Positions 1 through 10,263 are shown, numbered from the stretch's first letter. The stretch is DNA of 64,000 bases from Chitinophagales bacterium (GCA_044227665.1 JBGAWK010000001.1:32324-96323); one strand, 5' to 3'. Numbers and translations: made by a program. The notes: generated from the letters alone by a model not told the origin.

Positions 1-2051
1 CTACAATCATCGGAGGTTCTTACCATGAGGGTAACGGGGTAAAATCCTGCATTAGGGAAAGAAAAATATGGGTTTTTATCTACGGCAGTTCCAATGCTTC
101 CAAACTTCCAGTTGTATATGGAAATGCTTCCATTGGCAATGGTTGTAGAGTCAAAAAATCTAACGGTATTATCAGAACAAATATTCGGGTAATAGAAATT
201 GGCATTAGGCGTAGGATTTACAGTTATACTTTTTTCTACTACATCTTTACAGCCCACATTGGTTGTAACCGTAAGTAAAACGGTCTGATTTCCCTGTGTG
301 GCAAACACATGCTTTGGCGAAGAAATATCAGCAGTATTACCATCGCCAAAATCCCACAGCCATTCTGTAATATCGTTTCCAGAGGGCGGTATAGATAAAT
401 CATTAAACTGACCAAAAGCACCTCTACAGAAAGTCTCTGCCTCAAAGTCTGCATTAGGAGCATCTCCCTTAATAGTTGCGTTAAAAGATTTATTAAGTTC
501 GCAATCATTAATAGAGCGTGCATATACCGAATAATTACCGGCAGCATTTATATACAAGGAATTATCAGAAGACCCTGTTGACCATAATACGCTGTCTAAT
601 CCAAAAGAATTAGAAATGCTTAGAGGTGTCCCCCTACAAACACTAACGTCAGGAAAATTATTATCACTAAAAGCAAAAGAATCAATTACAACTGAAAATG
701 AATCTGTATGACTACAACCCGAATTATCCGTTATTGTTACAAAAAACTTGCCGTTGTTCTTGAAATAAAGAGAACTGCCAGATCTACCATCAGACCAATT
801 TGCTGTATAGCCTAGAGGCAAGTCCAAACTAACACTTACAGAGTCTCCTTTACATATTGATAATTTCTTTCCTTGTAGCTGCTTTAATGAAGGATATATA
901 TTAATAGTATCTATCCATTCTCTTCCATTGATATCTATTACCCTAACGCTGTAATTTCCAAAAGCCTTAACAGTAATTTCTGGTGTCGTTTCTCCTGTTG
1001 ACCATATATAAGATAAATATCCATTTCCAACATTTAACAGATATGATGTACAAAAATTGTTTGCAATTATATCTTTTCCTATATTTAATGGCGGCGTATA
1101 TCTTGATGATATATAGTTTTCTACTTTTTTCCTATTAGAATAGGATATTGAATCCGTATATAAAAACGACTCTATATATTGACCTTGCCAATAAGATGTT
1201 GTATTGTTTGCTCTACCAAGAGCAGCATAAATGAGACTTGGGTGTATAAAATTAAACAGCCTGAAATTCGTTGGTTTTATAAAGTTTGTTGGCAAAACAC
1301 TGTCTCCATTATTAAACCCCAAACCTTGCATTATTGTATTTGGTGGATTATAGACATAAAATAAAGCCTTTGTTTCGTTTCCAACATAATCACTAGTTAT
1401 ACAAGAATATATACCTGGCAACTTCCCTGTAGATACTCCAATAGTATTGGTACCAGTAGTATGCATTAAGTATGTGAAGGATGTCTTAACAAGCGGTATA
1501 TTAGTTGTAAATCCTAAAACATCATTAACTCCATCAAAGTAGATTGAAGGCTTCGTTGTTGTTGTTGCTGATGCATTAAATAATATCGGTTGTTTAGAAG
1601 TGTCCGTCTGTCGTGCATTATTATTGTTCCCAGATAAATCTGTCCACTGTGAAATTTTCCCATTTGTAATTATCACGCCTGTATCTGAACGTAGCCAAAC
1701 CTTAAGATTGGGCACCATCTTGGGTGTAAACCAAATTATACTTCTTGCATTAGAATATGGGCGACTGTCAGATTTGATGCGCCAATAATAGTAGGTGTTG
1801 GACGCTGGCAATATAAAAGCATAGAAATCATTTGCCGTAGTCACTTGGTGTATTATATTGCTGAAGTCCTGATTGTCAGATATTTGTACCGTAAAATTTA
1901 CATCTGTATATTGTCTATTCCACTCAAAAACAACATTTGGGGACTCAATATTAGCACCTTCAAAGGGGGCAACTAACGCAACTTGATCGGCGGCAAGTGT
2001 CCTAAAACCACACAGCAGCAGTACAATATATGTCCAAATTTTTATGTTCAT
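1..2051 (-). CDS. Secreted multidomain surface protein (signal peptide, LamG-like domain, Ig-like repeats, PKD domains); N-terminal part only, ORF continues past the left window edge
   Basis: Hand translation of the minus strand from ATG at 2051-2049 (alternative in-frame ATG at 2060) is stop-free down to position 1. It begins MNIKIWTYIVLLLCGFRTLAADQ (signal-like). It has a LamG-like stretch (KVWLRSDTGVIITNGKISQWTDLSGNNNNARQ) and a PKD signature (WDFGDGNTADISSPKHVFATQGNQTVLLTVTTNVGC). It is absent from the ORF track because no stop lies inside the window. Confidence 0.75.
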   Translation of the reverse strand, partial: MNIKIWTYIVLLLCGFRTLAADQVALVAPFEGANIESPNVVFEWNRQYTDVNFTVQISDNQDFSNIIHQVTTANDFYAFILPASNTYYYWRIKSDSRPYSNARSIIWFTPKMVPNLKVWLRSDTGVIITNGKISQWTDLSGNNNNARQTDTSKQPILFNASATTTTKPSIYFDGVNDVLGFTTNIPLVKTSFTYLMHTTGTNTIGVSTGKLPGIYSCITSDYVGNETKALFYVYNPPNTIMQGLGFNNGDSVLPTNFIKPTNFRLFNFIHPSLIYAALGRANNTTSYWQGQYIESFLYTDSISYSNRKKVENYISSRYTPPLNIGKDIIANNFCTSYLLNVGNGYLSYIWSTGETTPEITVKAFGNYSVRVIDINGREWIDTINIYPSLKQLQGKKLSICKGDSVSVSLDLPLGYTANWSDGRSGSSLYFKNNGKFFVTITDNSGCSHTDSFSVVIDSFAFSDNNFPDVSVCRGTPLSISNSFGLDSVLWSTGSSDNSLYINAAGNYSVYARSINDCELNKSFNATIKGDAPNADFEAETFCRGAFGQFNDLSIPPSGNDITEWLWDFGDGNTADISSPKHVFATQGNQTVLLTVTTNVGCKDVVEKSITVNPTPNANFYYPNICSDNTVRFFDSTTIANGSISIYNWKFGSIGTAVDKNPYFSFPNAGFYPVTLMVRTSDDC

Positions 2052-2148
2052 TTTGGTCATTCTTTTTTATATAGACGAATAAAAAGTAAATTTAGTAAAG
2101 ACTTTTTAAAAATTTAAATTTACATCCAATTACTTTTATACATTCATC

Positions 2149-3264
2149 ATGAAGCCTATACGGTTTTTTACCACAGATACTAGCGAAGTTGCTGCCAAAG
2201 AGCAGTATCTCCGCTCTTTTTCTCTGTGTTTAGACCGGGGCGACTTTATATTAGGTGGTGAGGTTACTCGTTTTGAGGCCTGCCTGTCTGAATATTTAAA
2301 GGCTAGATATACACAGAGTTGTGGCAATGGAACCGATGCATTATGGTTGGCACTAAAATCATTGCAACTACAAAAGGGCGACACCGTTGCCATCCCTGCA
2401 TTTTCTTATATTGCCGCCGCAGAAGTAGCCGCAATACTGGAATTAAATGTCTTTTTTTATGATATTAATCTACAAACTTTTAATATAGATGAATCCATCC
2501 TCCCTATCTTAGAAGATAATCCCAAAATAAAAGCCCTAATTATCGTACATCTTTTTGGGCAGTCAGGTAATATTGCATCCGTCGCAGAATATTGTAAACA
2601 AAAGAATATTATACTCATAGAAGACAATGCCCAGTCCTTGGGTGCTATAGAAAACACCACACAAAAGTATTTAGGAACGATAGGAGATATTGGTACTACC
2701 TCTTTTTTCCCGACCAAGCCCTTGGGCTGTTTTGGTGACGGAGGTGCTTTGTTTTGCCAAAATGAATCTTTTTATACGGAGGCAAAGCAACTTGCCAACC
2801 ACGGACAATCTTCAAAATACACCCATAATAGTATAGGTATGAATTCTCGCCTCGATACGATTCAAGCGGCAATATTATTACTTAGACTACAAAAAATGGA
2901 TATTGAAGCAGAAAAAAGAAGGGTTGTAGCTCAAAAATATAATGCGGTATTGAAAGACATAAAACAAATATGCCTCCCCAAAATTTCAGGATACAGTACT
3001 CATGTATATCATCAATATACCTTACGCATACTTTCTAAACGAGAGGCGCTTAAAAATTTTTTAGAACAACAGGGAATCCCTACGGCAATACACTATCCAA
3101 AAGTAATTTACCATCAGGAGGCATACAAATATCTTTCCCCCATACATCCCTTAGAAAATTCTGAAAGGTTATGTGAAGAAGTTCTTAGCTTACCCATACA
3201 TCCCTATCTCGATGATGAACAAATTATGTATATTACAGACCAAATTCGCAAATTCTTTGCCTAA
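2149..3264 (+). CDS. DegT/DnrJ/EryC1/StrS-family PLP sugar aminotransferase (WbpE/GnnB-like)
   Basis: 371-aa ORF with family blocks [19 protein letters not shown] and [19 protein letters not shown] (PLP-lysine region). It is tightly coupled to the next two sugar-modifying genes. Confidence 0.8.
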   Translation: MKPIRFFTTDTSEVAAKEQYLRSFSLCLDRGDFILGGEVTRFEACLSEYLKARYTQSCGNGTDALWLALKSLQLQKGDTVAIPAFSYIAAAEVAAILELNVFFYDINLQTFNIDESILPILEDNPKIKALIIVHLFGQSGNIASVAEYCKQKNIILIEDNAQSLGAIENTTQKYLGTIGDIGTTSFFPTKPLGCFGDGGALFCQNESFYTEAKQLANHGQSSKYTHNSIGMNSRLDTIQAAILLLRLQKMDIEAEKRRVVAQKYNAVLKDIKQICLPKISGYSTHVYHQYTLRILSKREALKNFLEQQGIPTAIHYPKVIYHQEAYKYLSPIHPLENSERLCEEVLSLPIHPYLDDEQIMYITDQIRKFFA

Positions 3265-3265
3265 T

Positions 3266-3838
3266 ATGTCGGAAAACTTTATACATCCTACTGCCATAAT
3301 AGATGAAGGCGCAAAAATAGCTTCCAGAACCAAAATCTGGCATTTCACACATATCATGCCCGAAGTATTGATAGGAACGGATTGCTCTATTGGACAAAAT
3401 TGTTTTTTGGGCAAAAAGGTTGTCGTAGGAAATGGCGTAAAAATCCAAAACAATGTTTCACTCTATGAAGGGGTAGTCATAGAAGACGATGTATTTATCG
3501 GCCCTTCTGCTGTTTTTACCAATGTGATAAACCCTCGAAGCTTTGTCAATAGGAAAGATGAATTTAAGACGACATATATCATGAAAGGCGCAACTATTGG
3601 TGCTAATACTACCATTATTTGCGGCATAACTATTGGCGCATATTCCTTCATCGGTGCAGGTGCTGTCGTTACCAGAGATGTGCCTCCACATGCATTGCTG
3701 ACAGGAAATCCCGCCAAGATAAGAGGATGGATGAGCCATGACGGGCAAAAACTAGTATTTGACGATCAAAATGTCGCCGTGTGTCCCACCTCTGGGAGGA
3801 AATATAAATTGGAACAAAATAGGATTACGACGCCATGA
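3266..3838 (+). CDS. Hexapeptide-repeat (left-handed beta-helix) sugar N-acetyltransferase, WbpD/WlbB-like
   Basis: Repeated [LIV]-G-x4 hexapeptides ([43 protein letters not shown]; [28 protein letters not shown]). I moved the start to ATG 3266 ([18 protein letters not shown]), 1 nt after the upstream stop. The track start at 3173 would overlap the aminotransferase by 92 nt. Confidence 0.75.
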   Translation: MSENFIHPTAIIDEGAKIASRTKIWHFTHIMPEVLIGTDCSIGQNCFLGKKVVVGNGVKIQNNVSLYEGVVIEDDVFIGPSAVFTNVINPRSFVNRKDEFKTTYIMKGATIGANTTIICGITIGAYSFIGAGAVVTRDVPPHALLTGNPAKIRGWMSHDGQKLVFDDQNVAVCPTSGRKYKLEQNRITTP

Positions 3839-4722
3839 AAAGATTCGCCATCATAGGTGCTGCCGGTTATATTGCGCCACGACATCTTGACGCTATTAAG
3901 GCTATTGAGGGCCTCTTGGTTGCCGCTCACGATGTACATGATGCCGTAGGCATTTTGGACAAATATTTCCCCGAATGTAAATATTTCAGAGAGATAGAAA
4001 GGTTCGACAGATATATTAACACTATGATGGAAAGCGACCCCATTGACTACTTGATAGTATGTTCTCCCAACTATCTTCATGATGCACATATTCGCTTTGG
4101 TATTAAAAACAATATGCATGTCATCTGCGAAAAACCTTTGGTTTTGAACACCCACAATCTATTGCCCCTCATACAGCTATCGTCGAGTTCTGGCAAGAAG
4201 GTATTTCCACTACTACAGCTCCGCTATCATCCTGCCCTCATATCCCTCAAAAACAATATCGATAAAACCAGGACTTATACGGTAAAATTAGATTACGTGG
4301 CTCCTCGCGGGGCATGGTACAAGTACTCTTGGAAAGGCGATACTGCAAAATCTGGTGGTATATTGATGAACATAGGCGTACATTTTTTTGACCTTTTATT
4401 GTGGCTCTTCGGAGAAGTGCAATCTTTTTCTCTTACTACTAATGAAGTGAAACTACAATCTGGACTACTAACCTTGGAAAATGCTCAGGTGGCATGGCTG
4501 CTAAGCATAGACAAAGAAGACAAAAAAAGATATGGAAAAGCTGCGGATATGTCTCCCTACAAGCAATTGGCTGTAAATGAGTCCGTTATTGACTTAGACC
4601 ATCATTTTGAAAGTTTACATAGTGTAGCTTATAAAAAAATTATTTCTGGAGATGCCTACACTTTAGAGTCCTGCCTGTCTCATATTACACTTATCAACCA
4701 ACTGCAGCATTTATCAGATTAG
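3835..4722 (+). CDS. Gfo/Idh/MocA-family NAD-dependent sugar-nucleotide oxidoreductase (WbpB/GnnA-like)
   Basis: Rossmann N-terminus [25 protein letters not shown] overlap with the acetyltransferase gene. The context is an aminotransferase plus acetyltransferase. Confidence 0.7.
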   Translation: MKRFAIIGAAGYIAPRHLDAIKAIEGLLVAAHDVHDAVGILDKYFPECKYFREIERFDRYINTMMESDPIDYLIVCSPNYLHDAHIRFGIKNNMHVICEKPLVLNTHNLLPLIQLSSSSGKKVFPLLQLRYHPALISLKNNIDKTRTYTVKLDYVAPRGAWYKYSWKGDTAKSGGILMNIGVHFFDLLLWLFGEVQSFSLTTNEVKLQSGLLTLENAQVAWLLSIDKEDKKRYGKAADMSPYKQLAVNESVIDLDHHFESLHSVAYKKIISGDAYTLESCLSHITLINQLQHLSD

Positions 4723-4786
4723 CCATTTTTATATCTTTCCCCTTAATGACTAACATTTTTTAACCGCAAAGGGCAACATACATTTT

Positions 4787-4794
4787 TATTTTTG
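4787..4794 (+). promoter_or_regulatory. Candidate Bacteroidota sigma-A -7 box (TAnnTTTG) for the moxR-bat operon
   Basis: TATTTTTG matches TAnnTTTG exactly and ends 14 nt upstream of the moxR ATG at 4809. Confidence 0.35.
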
Positions 4795-4808
4795 CAATAG
4801 TATAAATT

Positions 4809-5798
4809 ATGGAAAACACAAATATATCCGAAGAGAAAATTTATGGACTGAATCTTCTCTTTGAAAAGGCGCAAGAAGAAATAGCCAAAAACATTGTAGG
4901 GCAAAAGTACATGATAGAGCGTCTTCTTATTGCTCTCTTATCCGATGGACATGTCTTGCTGGAAGGTGCGCCTGGACTTGCCAAGACGCTTAGTATCAGA
5001 TCCCTCGCCGAAGTGATTCAGGCAAAATTTGCAAGAATTCAGTTTACTCCAGATATGTTGCCTGCTGATATCATAGGCACAATGATCTATAATAGTCAGC
5101 GTGGAGAGTTCGAGGCCAAGAAAGGTCCCGTCTTTGCACACTTCGTACTGGCAGACGAAATCAATAGAGCCCCTGCCAAAGTGCAAAGTGCACTACTACA
5201 GTCCATGCAAGAAAGACAGGTGACAATTGGCGACACTACTTACTCCTTGCCAGCACCATTTTTAGTGCTCGCCACACAAAACCCCATAGAGCAAGAAGGC
5301 ACCTACTCCTTACCAGAGGCACAAGTAGATCGCTTTATGTTCAAAGTACTGGTAGATTTTCCTGCTTTTGAAGAGGAGCGAATGATACTACGCCAAAACC
5401 TATCTTTCCAAAAGCCTACTCTGCAATCTATGTTATCTATACCGCAACTTATGGAAGCAAGAGATATGGTAAGAAACATATATCTATCCGAACATATAGA
5501 AAAGTATATCCTAAATATTGTCTTCGCCACTAGAGAACCCGACAGATATGGTCTGAGCAACTTGAAAGCATTGATAAACTACGGCGCTTCGCCACGGGCA
5601 ACCATTAGCTTGGCTTTGGCATCAAAAGCCTATGCCTTCCTTAAGCACAAGCGCAGCTTTGTCACTCCTGACGACGTGAAAGCCATAGCGCACGATGTGC
5701 TCAGACACAGGATAGGTCTATCCTTTGAGGCAGAGGCAGAAAGCATTACTACCGACAAAATAATAGATGCCATATTTACAGGCGTACAAGCCCCCTAG
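4809..5798 (+). CDS. moxR: MoxR-family AAA+ ATPase
   Basis: Walker A GAPGLAKT, Walker B FVLADEINRA, conserved LATQNPIEQEGTYSLPEAQVDRF block. First gene of a Bat-type operon. Confidence 0.9.
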   Translation: MENTNISEEKIYGLNLLFEKAQEEIAKNIVGQKYMIERLLIALLSDGHVLLEGAPGLAKTLSIRSLAEVIQAKFARIQFTPDMLPADIIGTMIYNSQRGEFEAKKGPVFAHFVLADEINRAPAKVQSALLQSMQERQVTIGDTTYSLPAPFLVLATQNPIEQEGTYSLPEAQVDRFMFKVLVDFPAFEEERMILRQNLSFQKPTLQSMLSIPQLMEARDMVRNIYLSEHIEKYILNIVFATREPDRYGLSNLKALINYGASPRATISLALASKAYAFLKHKRSFVTPDDVKAIAHDVLRHRIGLSFEAEAESITTDKIIDAIFTGVQAP

Positions 5799-5801
5799 TA
5801 G

Positions 5802-6662
5802 ATGGAACTAAAAGCACTTTTAGCTAAAATTCGTAGGATAGAAATCCGAAGTCGTCATTCCAGCGATCAGATTATGTCCGGAGATTATCATACCTCTTTC
5901 AAAGGCAAAGGTATGTCGTTCAGTGAGGTTCGTGAGTACCAATATGGTGACGATGTTAGGCATATAGACTGGAACGTCACGGCACGAAGTGGCAAACCTC
6001 ACCTGAAAGTATATGAGGAAGAACGCGAACTAAGTATTTACTTCGTGATAGATGTAAGCCCCTCCATACATACCGCCATGCAGCCTCGCAACGAAAAGAT
6101 AGCAGAAATTATGGCTACGCTGGCTTTTGCGGCACTCAAGAATAACGACCTCTCCGGAATGCTTCTATTTGGCGATAAGGTGGAACATTTCGTACGTCTC
6201 CAAAAAGGAAGAAATCACATCTTGAACATGATACGGCAGCTTTTGGACATAGAGCCTAAGCAGGGTGGCACAAAACTCTCTATAGCCTTGGATCATATTA
6301 TGCACCATGCCAAACATAAGAGTATCGTTTTTATCCTTTCCGACTTCCTATTCTCAGGTTATGAAGATAGCTTAGCTCGATTGGCAGAAAAAAATGATGT
6401 CATTGGCATTGCCATACAAGATAATTATGATACCCTTATCCCAGATATTGGAATGATTGCTTTCAAAGATAGCGAGACCAGCTCAATGGCATGGATAGAT
6501 ACTTCAGATAAAAAAGTCGCCAAGGAGCGTAGCACCCAATATTACAAAGATTTGGCATACATGGAATATTCTTTCAAAAAAGCTAAGGCGAATCTCCTCA
6601 TTATAAAAGAAAATGACGATTATCTGAAAAAATTGCGAATGTTTTTCAAAAGTAGGAAATGA
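5802..6662 (+). CDS. DUF58 protein (VWA-like partner of MoxR)
   Basis: Signature VREYQYGDDVRHIDWNVTAR. Starts 3 nt after moxR. Confidence 0.85.
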   Translation: MELKALLAKIRRIEIRSRHSSDQIMSGDYHTSFKGKGMSFSEVREYQYGDDVRHIDWNVTARSGKPHLKVYEEERELSIYFVIDVSPSIHTAMQPRNEKIAEIMATLAFAALKNNDLSGMLLFGDKVEHFVRLQKGRNHILNMIRQLLDIEPKQGGTKLSIALDHIMHHAKHKSIVFILSDFLFSGYEDSLARLAEKNDVIGIAIQDNYDTLIPDIGMIAFKDSETSSMAWIDTSDKKVAKERSTQYYKDLAYMEYSFKKAKANLLIIKENDDYLKKLRMFFKSRK

Positions 6663-7570
6663 GGACAGGTATTATTATAGTGCTTTTACTGCCGTGCTTT
6701 ATTGCTATTGCAGACACTAAAGTGTATTTATCTATAGAAAACAAAAATCCTCAGGTAGGTGATGACATCGTACTCAATATTCAATGTATTACCAGCAAGA
6801 ATGCCTTTGTCGTATTTCCTGATTACACTACACGGTTACAGCCCCTAGAGATAGTATCTCCCATCACTTATGATACCCTGCCCAAGGGTCGCAATACGCT
6901 TTACGCCTGCACACTACACCTGAGGGCTTGGGATAGTGCCACCGTAATAATTCCGGCACTCCCTGTTGTCGTAGATAATACGACATCCGTAGATACTATA
7001 TTTACCAAGTCACAGCCGCTTTCTGTTTCTATGATATATGCTGACACCACCAAGCCTATAAAAGATATATTTCCTCCCATCTCCAAAGAAGTAACCCTTT
7101 GGCAAAAAATAGCACCCTATATTAAATATGTGAGCGTGGGCTTGCTTGCCCTGATGGGGTTGGGTATCATCTTCTTAATTTTATATTTATCCAATAAAAA
7201 TAAAAACAAAATAAAGCGCGCTACGAACTACATTCCTAATGGAGTGTCTCCTTATAATTGGTGTACTTTTCATATCCAAAAAGCAGGAGACATCGAAGAC
7301 CTAAACCTACGATATGCACGCCTTTCGGAAATATTACGCTTATATATAGAGTTCAAATATAGTATTCCGGCATTGGCGTTGACTACCGAAGAGCTTCTAC
7401 CCATTCTTTCTTCTTCTTCCATCCCCGCAACACTACAGGAGGCTATAGCCAAATTTTTATCTTCAAGTGACTACTATAAGTTTTCTCCCCATACTGAAAA
7501 CACCCCGCACGCTGAAACAGATGCTTTGATAATCCTAATTCAAAAACTAGAAACAGATGCCTTGGGATAA
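6659..7570 (+). CDS. Membrane protein in the third position of the Bat operon; BatD-like N-terminal exported domain plus DUF4381-like TM/C-terminal region
   Basis: Signal-like N-terminus MRTGIIIVLLLPCFIAIA and a central TM segment (YVSVGLLALMGLGIIFLILYL). ATGA overlap with DUF58. The family assignment comes from my recollection of operon architecture, not from a search. Confidence 0.45.
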   Translation: MRTGIIIVLLLPCFIAIADTKVYLSIENKNPQVGDDIVLNIQCITSKNAFVVFPDYTTRLQPLEIVSPITYDTLPKGRNTLYACTLHLRAWDSATVIIPALPVVVDNTTSVDTIFTKSQPLSVSMIYADTTKPIKDIFPPISKEVTLWQKIAPYIKYVSVGLLALMGLGIIFLILYLSNKNKNKIKRATNYIPNGVSPYNWCTFHIQKAGDIEDLNLRYARLSEILRLYIEFKYSIPALALTTEELLPILSSSSIPATLQEAIAKFLSSSDYYKFSPHTENTPHAETDALIILIQKLETDALG

Positions 7571-8546
7571 ATATCATATCGCATATCCGTGGGTACTGCT
7601 CTTGATACCCATAGTCATCGCCTTATTTTATTATAAGAAAAACACCCTCTTCCCTACCCTGAAAGTCAACTCGTCACAAGCATGGAAATCCACAACATGG
7701 AGGCATCGCATAGTAAGGAGGATGCCATCACTACGCCTTTTTTCTATACTGTTATTAATCATAGCCCTATCACGACCTCAGTCACAATTAGGTAGAGATG
7801 AGTCTAGCACGAGAGGTATAGACATCGTTATATCCTTGGATGTATCTCCCAGCATGTTGGCTACAGACCTCGAACCCGACAGGCTTACGGCAGCAAAAAA
7901 AGTAGCGGAATCATTTGTGGACAGGCGTATCAATGATAGAATCGGCTTAGTAATATTTTCGGGGGAGAGCTTCACACAGTGTCCCGTAACCAGCGACCAC
8001 CAGATAGTGAAAATGCAGATAGAAAATACGGTAAGCGGCATATTGGAACAAGGTACTGCCATAGGTATGGGCCTGGCTTCGGCAGTAAATCGCCTAAAAA
8101 ACTCTACGGCAAAAAGTAAGGTAGTAATCCTTATGACGGATGGCGTAAACAATACTGGAGACATAGACCCCCTAAGTGCTTACGAACTGGCAAAAGCCCT
8201 GCAAGTGAAAGTATATTGTATAGGCATCGGCAAAAATGGGTATGCCAAGATTCCTTTTACAGATCCTATAAGCGGACAAATCATGTACCAAATATCCAAT
8301 GTAGAAATTGACGAAGAAATCCTGCAAGAAATCGCTTCCAAAACAGGCGGTAAATACTATAGAGCTACAGACAATAAATCTCTACAAACGATATATGAAG
8401 ACATAGACAAATTAGAGACTACTGCGCTCAAAGGCAGTATTTATAACAAATATCAGGATCACTATTATATATGGGTGGTAATGGCTTGCTTGCTATTAAT
8501 CACAGAATTTGTGCTGAAAATAAAAATTCTTAAAACCTTAGATTGA
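7557..8546 (+). CDS. batA: VWA-domain membrane protein BatA
   Basis: N- and C-terminal TM segments flank a VWA domain with MIDAS motif DIVISLDVSPSM. Position in the operon fits. Confidence 0.85.
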   Translation: MPWDKYHIAYPWVLLLIPIVIALFYYKKNTLFPTLKVNSSQAWKSTTWRHRIVRRMPSLRLFSILLLIIALSRPQSQLGRDESSTRGIDIVISLDVSPSMLATDLEPDRLTAAKKVAESFVDRRINDRIGLVIFSGESFTQCPVTSDHQIVKMQIENTVSGILEQGTAIGMGLASAVNRLKNSTAKSKVVILMTDGVNNTGDIDPLSAYELAKALQVKVYCIGIGKNGYAKIPFTDPISGQIMYQISNVEIDEEILQEIASKTGGKYYRATDNKSLQTIYEDIDKLETTALKGSIYNKYQDHYYIWVVMACLLLITEFVLKIKILKTLD

Positions 8547-9535
8547 TGCATATAGAAAATCCAGCATATTTATCGGGCATTATCCTCGTTGGGGTATTGT
8601 TATACCTGCTACGGCAGCGATATATGTTTCTCTCTCTCCATATAAATATCCTACTGACGAACAGACTTTTGTCCAATTTTGATCTTACTGTTTTTTATAG
8701 AAAAAAACTTGTGCTGCTTTTTGTATTATTTTGTATGCTTTTGGCACTAGCAAATCCTTTTTTTGACAAAGGTAGTGAAGATGTAAAACAAGAGGGCATA
8801 GATATCGTCATTGCCATGGATGTATCCAAAAGCATGCTTGCCAAAGACATCGCGCCAGATCGCCTCACCCGCGCAAAATTATTTGTAAATCAACTACTAG
8901 AACAACTCAATGGCGACAGAATCGGGCTGGTAGTATTTGCGGGAAATGCCTATATCCAAGTTCCGCTTACCAATGACTACAGTATCTTTGACTTATATCT
9001 TTCCTCTTTAGAGCCAGGCATGATTCCCTCTCAAGGTACGGCTATTGGAGATGCCATAGAGACAGCAGAATCGCTATTTGACAAGACAACCAATAAGTAC
9101 CGAGCCCTGATTCTTATTACCGACGGTGAGACCCACGACAAACAAGCATTACGTGCCGCAAAAGCTGCTGCAAAAAGAGGCGCTACAATATATACTATTG
9201 GCATAGGCAATGCCAAGGGCAGCCCTGTTCCTACTAAGTCCGGATATCTCAAAGACGAAAATGGGAAAACGGTACTTTCGGCATTGAATGAAAACCTTCT
9301 GGAAGATATAGCCCACAAGGGTAGTGGCAAGTATGTAAATCTGCAACAAGACAAAAGTGCTTCCAAAATATTGGCGCGACATATCAACAACAAAGAAGGT
9401 CGTCCTTTTGTAGCCGTAAACCAAGCGCGAAAAGGGAGCATTTATCCGGTTTTTATCAGCATATCCATCGCATTTCTGCTGTTGGAATATTTTTTTCCCC
9501 AGATAAAAAATAGATTGTATGCCAAAAAGAAATAA
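8543..9535 (+). CDS. batB: VWA-domain membrane protein BatB
   Basis: Paralogous to BatA. MIDAS motif DIVIAMDVSKSM and ITDGETHD block. ATGA overlap with batA. Confidence 0.85.
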   Translation: MMHIENPAYLSGIILVGVLLYLLRQRYMFLSLHINILLTNRLLSNFDLTVFYRKKLVLLFVLFCMLLALANPFFDKGSEDVKQEGIDIVIAMDVSKSMLAKDIAPDRLTRAKLFVNQLLEQLNGDRIGLVVFAGNAYIQVPLTNDYSIFDLYLSSLEPGMIPSQGTAIGDAIETAESLFDKTTNKYRALILITDGETHDKQALRAAKAAAKRGATIYTIGIGNAKGSPVPTKSGYLKDENGKTVLSALNENLLEDIAHKGSGKYVNLQQDKSASKILARHINNKEGRPFVAVNQARKGSIYPVFISISIAFLLLEYFFPQIKNRLYAKKK

Positions 9536-10259
9536 AATTAAAATCCTGCTCATGCTTGTAGTAGTACCTATGTCTCTCATGGCTGCTACTGTATGGTCTT
9601 GGGTAGAGAAGGGCAATAAAGCCTATTTTTCTAAAAATTATGGTCAGGCACTTTCTTGTTACGAAGAAGCTGCCAAGGTTGATTCCATAGAAAGTATCAT
9701 CCCTTATAATATAGCCTGTGCTTTATATAAGAAAAAAATCTATGACAGGGCTTTAGTAAAAAATGATAGTGCTAATGCTTTAGCCGATAATAATAAGGAA
9801 GTACAATATAAGTCGCTTACCAACAAGGGAAATGCTGCCTTTCAAAAGAAAGATTTTGAGACCGCTGTAGAGGCATACAAAGCCTCTTTACGACTAAACC
9901 CCGGTGATGAAAAGACAAAATACAATCTAGCTTTGGCATTGCATCAGCTGAAAAACAATCCTCGGCAGAACGACAATAAAGACAAAAACAAGGACGCTGC
10001 CGGTAATGATAAGCAAAAAGAAGAAAATCAGGAAGAAAAGAACAGAGACAAAAACAAGGATAAAGAAGACAAGACCACTCAACAAGAAAAGGATAAGGAC
10101 GAGTCTTCTGACAAAAACAAGCCCTCTCCGCAAAATATAGATAAGGACATCAAGACACAGATGCTAAAAATGATAGACCAACAAGAGAAGGAAGTAAACC
10201 GCCGCCTTCTGCAAGGAGACAAAAGTGGTGCATCCTCCACAGAGGGCAAAGACTGGTAA
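9519..10259 (+). CDS. batC: TPR protein BatC with K/D/E/N-rich low-complexity tail
   Basis: Signal/TM N-terminus, TPR-like repeats (GNKAYFSKNYGQALSCYEEA; GNAAFQKKDFETAVEAYKASLRLNP), then a charged low-complexity tail. Overlaps the batB end. Confidence 0.75.
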   Translation: MPKRNKIKILLMLVVVPMSLMAATVWSWVEKGNKAYFSKNYGQALSCYEEAAKVDSIESIIPYNIACALYKKKIYDRALVKNDSANALADNNKEVQYKSLTNKGNAAFQKKDFETAVEAYKASLRLNPGDEKTKYNLALALHQLKNNPRQNDNKDKNKDAAGNDKQKEENQEEKNRDKNKDKEDKTTQQEKDKDESSDKNKPSPQNIDKDIKTQMLKMIDQQEKEVNRRLLQGDKSGASSTEGKDW

Positions 10260-10263
10260 GGTA

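Noticed and set aside
9149-9616. 155-aa minus-strand ORF antisense to batB/batC
   Set aside because: It is fully embedded antisense in well-supported VWA/TPR genes. It has low-complexity, motif-free sequence typical of a shadow ORF. The same reasoning applies to other antisense track ORFs, for example 3766-4155, 7778-8164, 23025-23411 and 52375-52776.
9960-10140. Repeated GACAAAAACAAG-type 12-mers, considered as a tandem repeat or array
   Set aside because: They lie inside the batC coding frame and simply encode the DKNK-rich low-complexity tail. The repeats are irregular in spacing and imperfect, so they are neither CRISPR-like nor VNTR-like.
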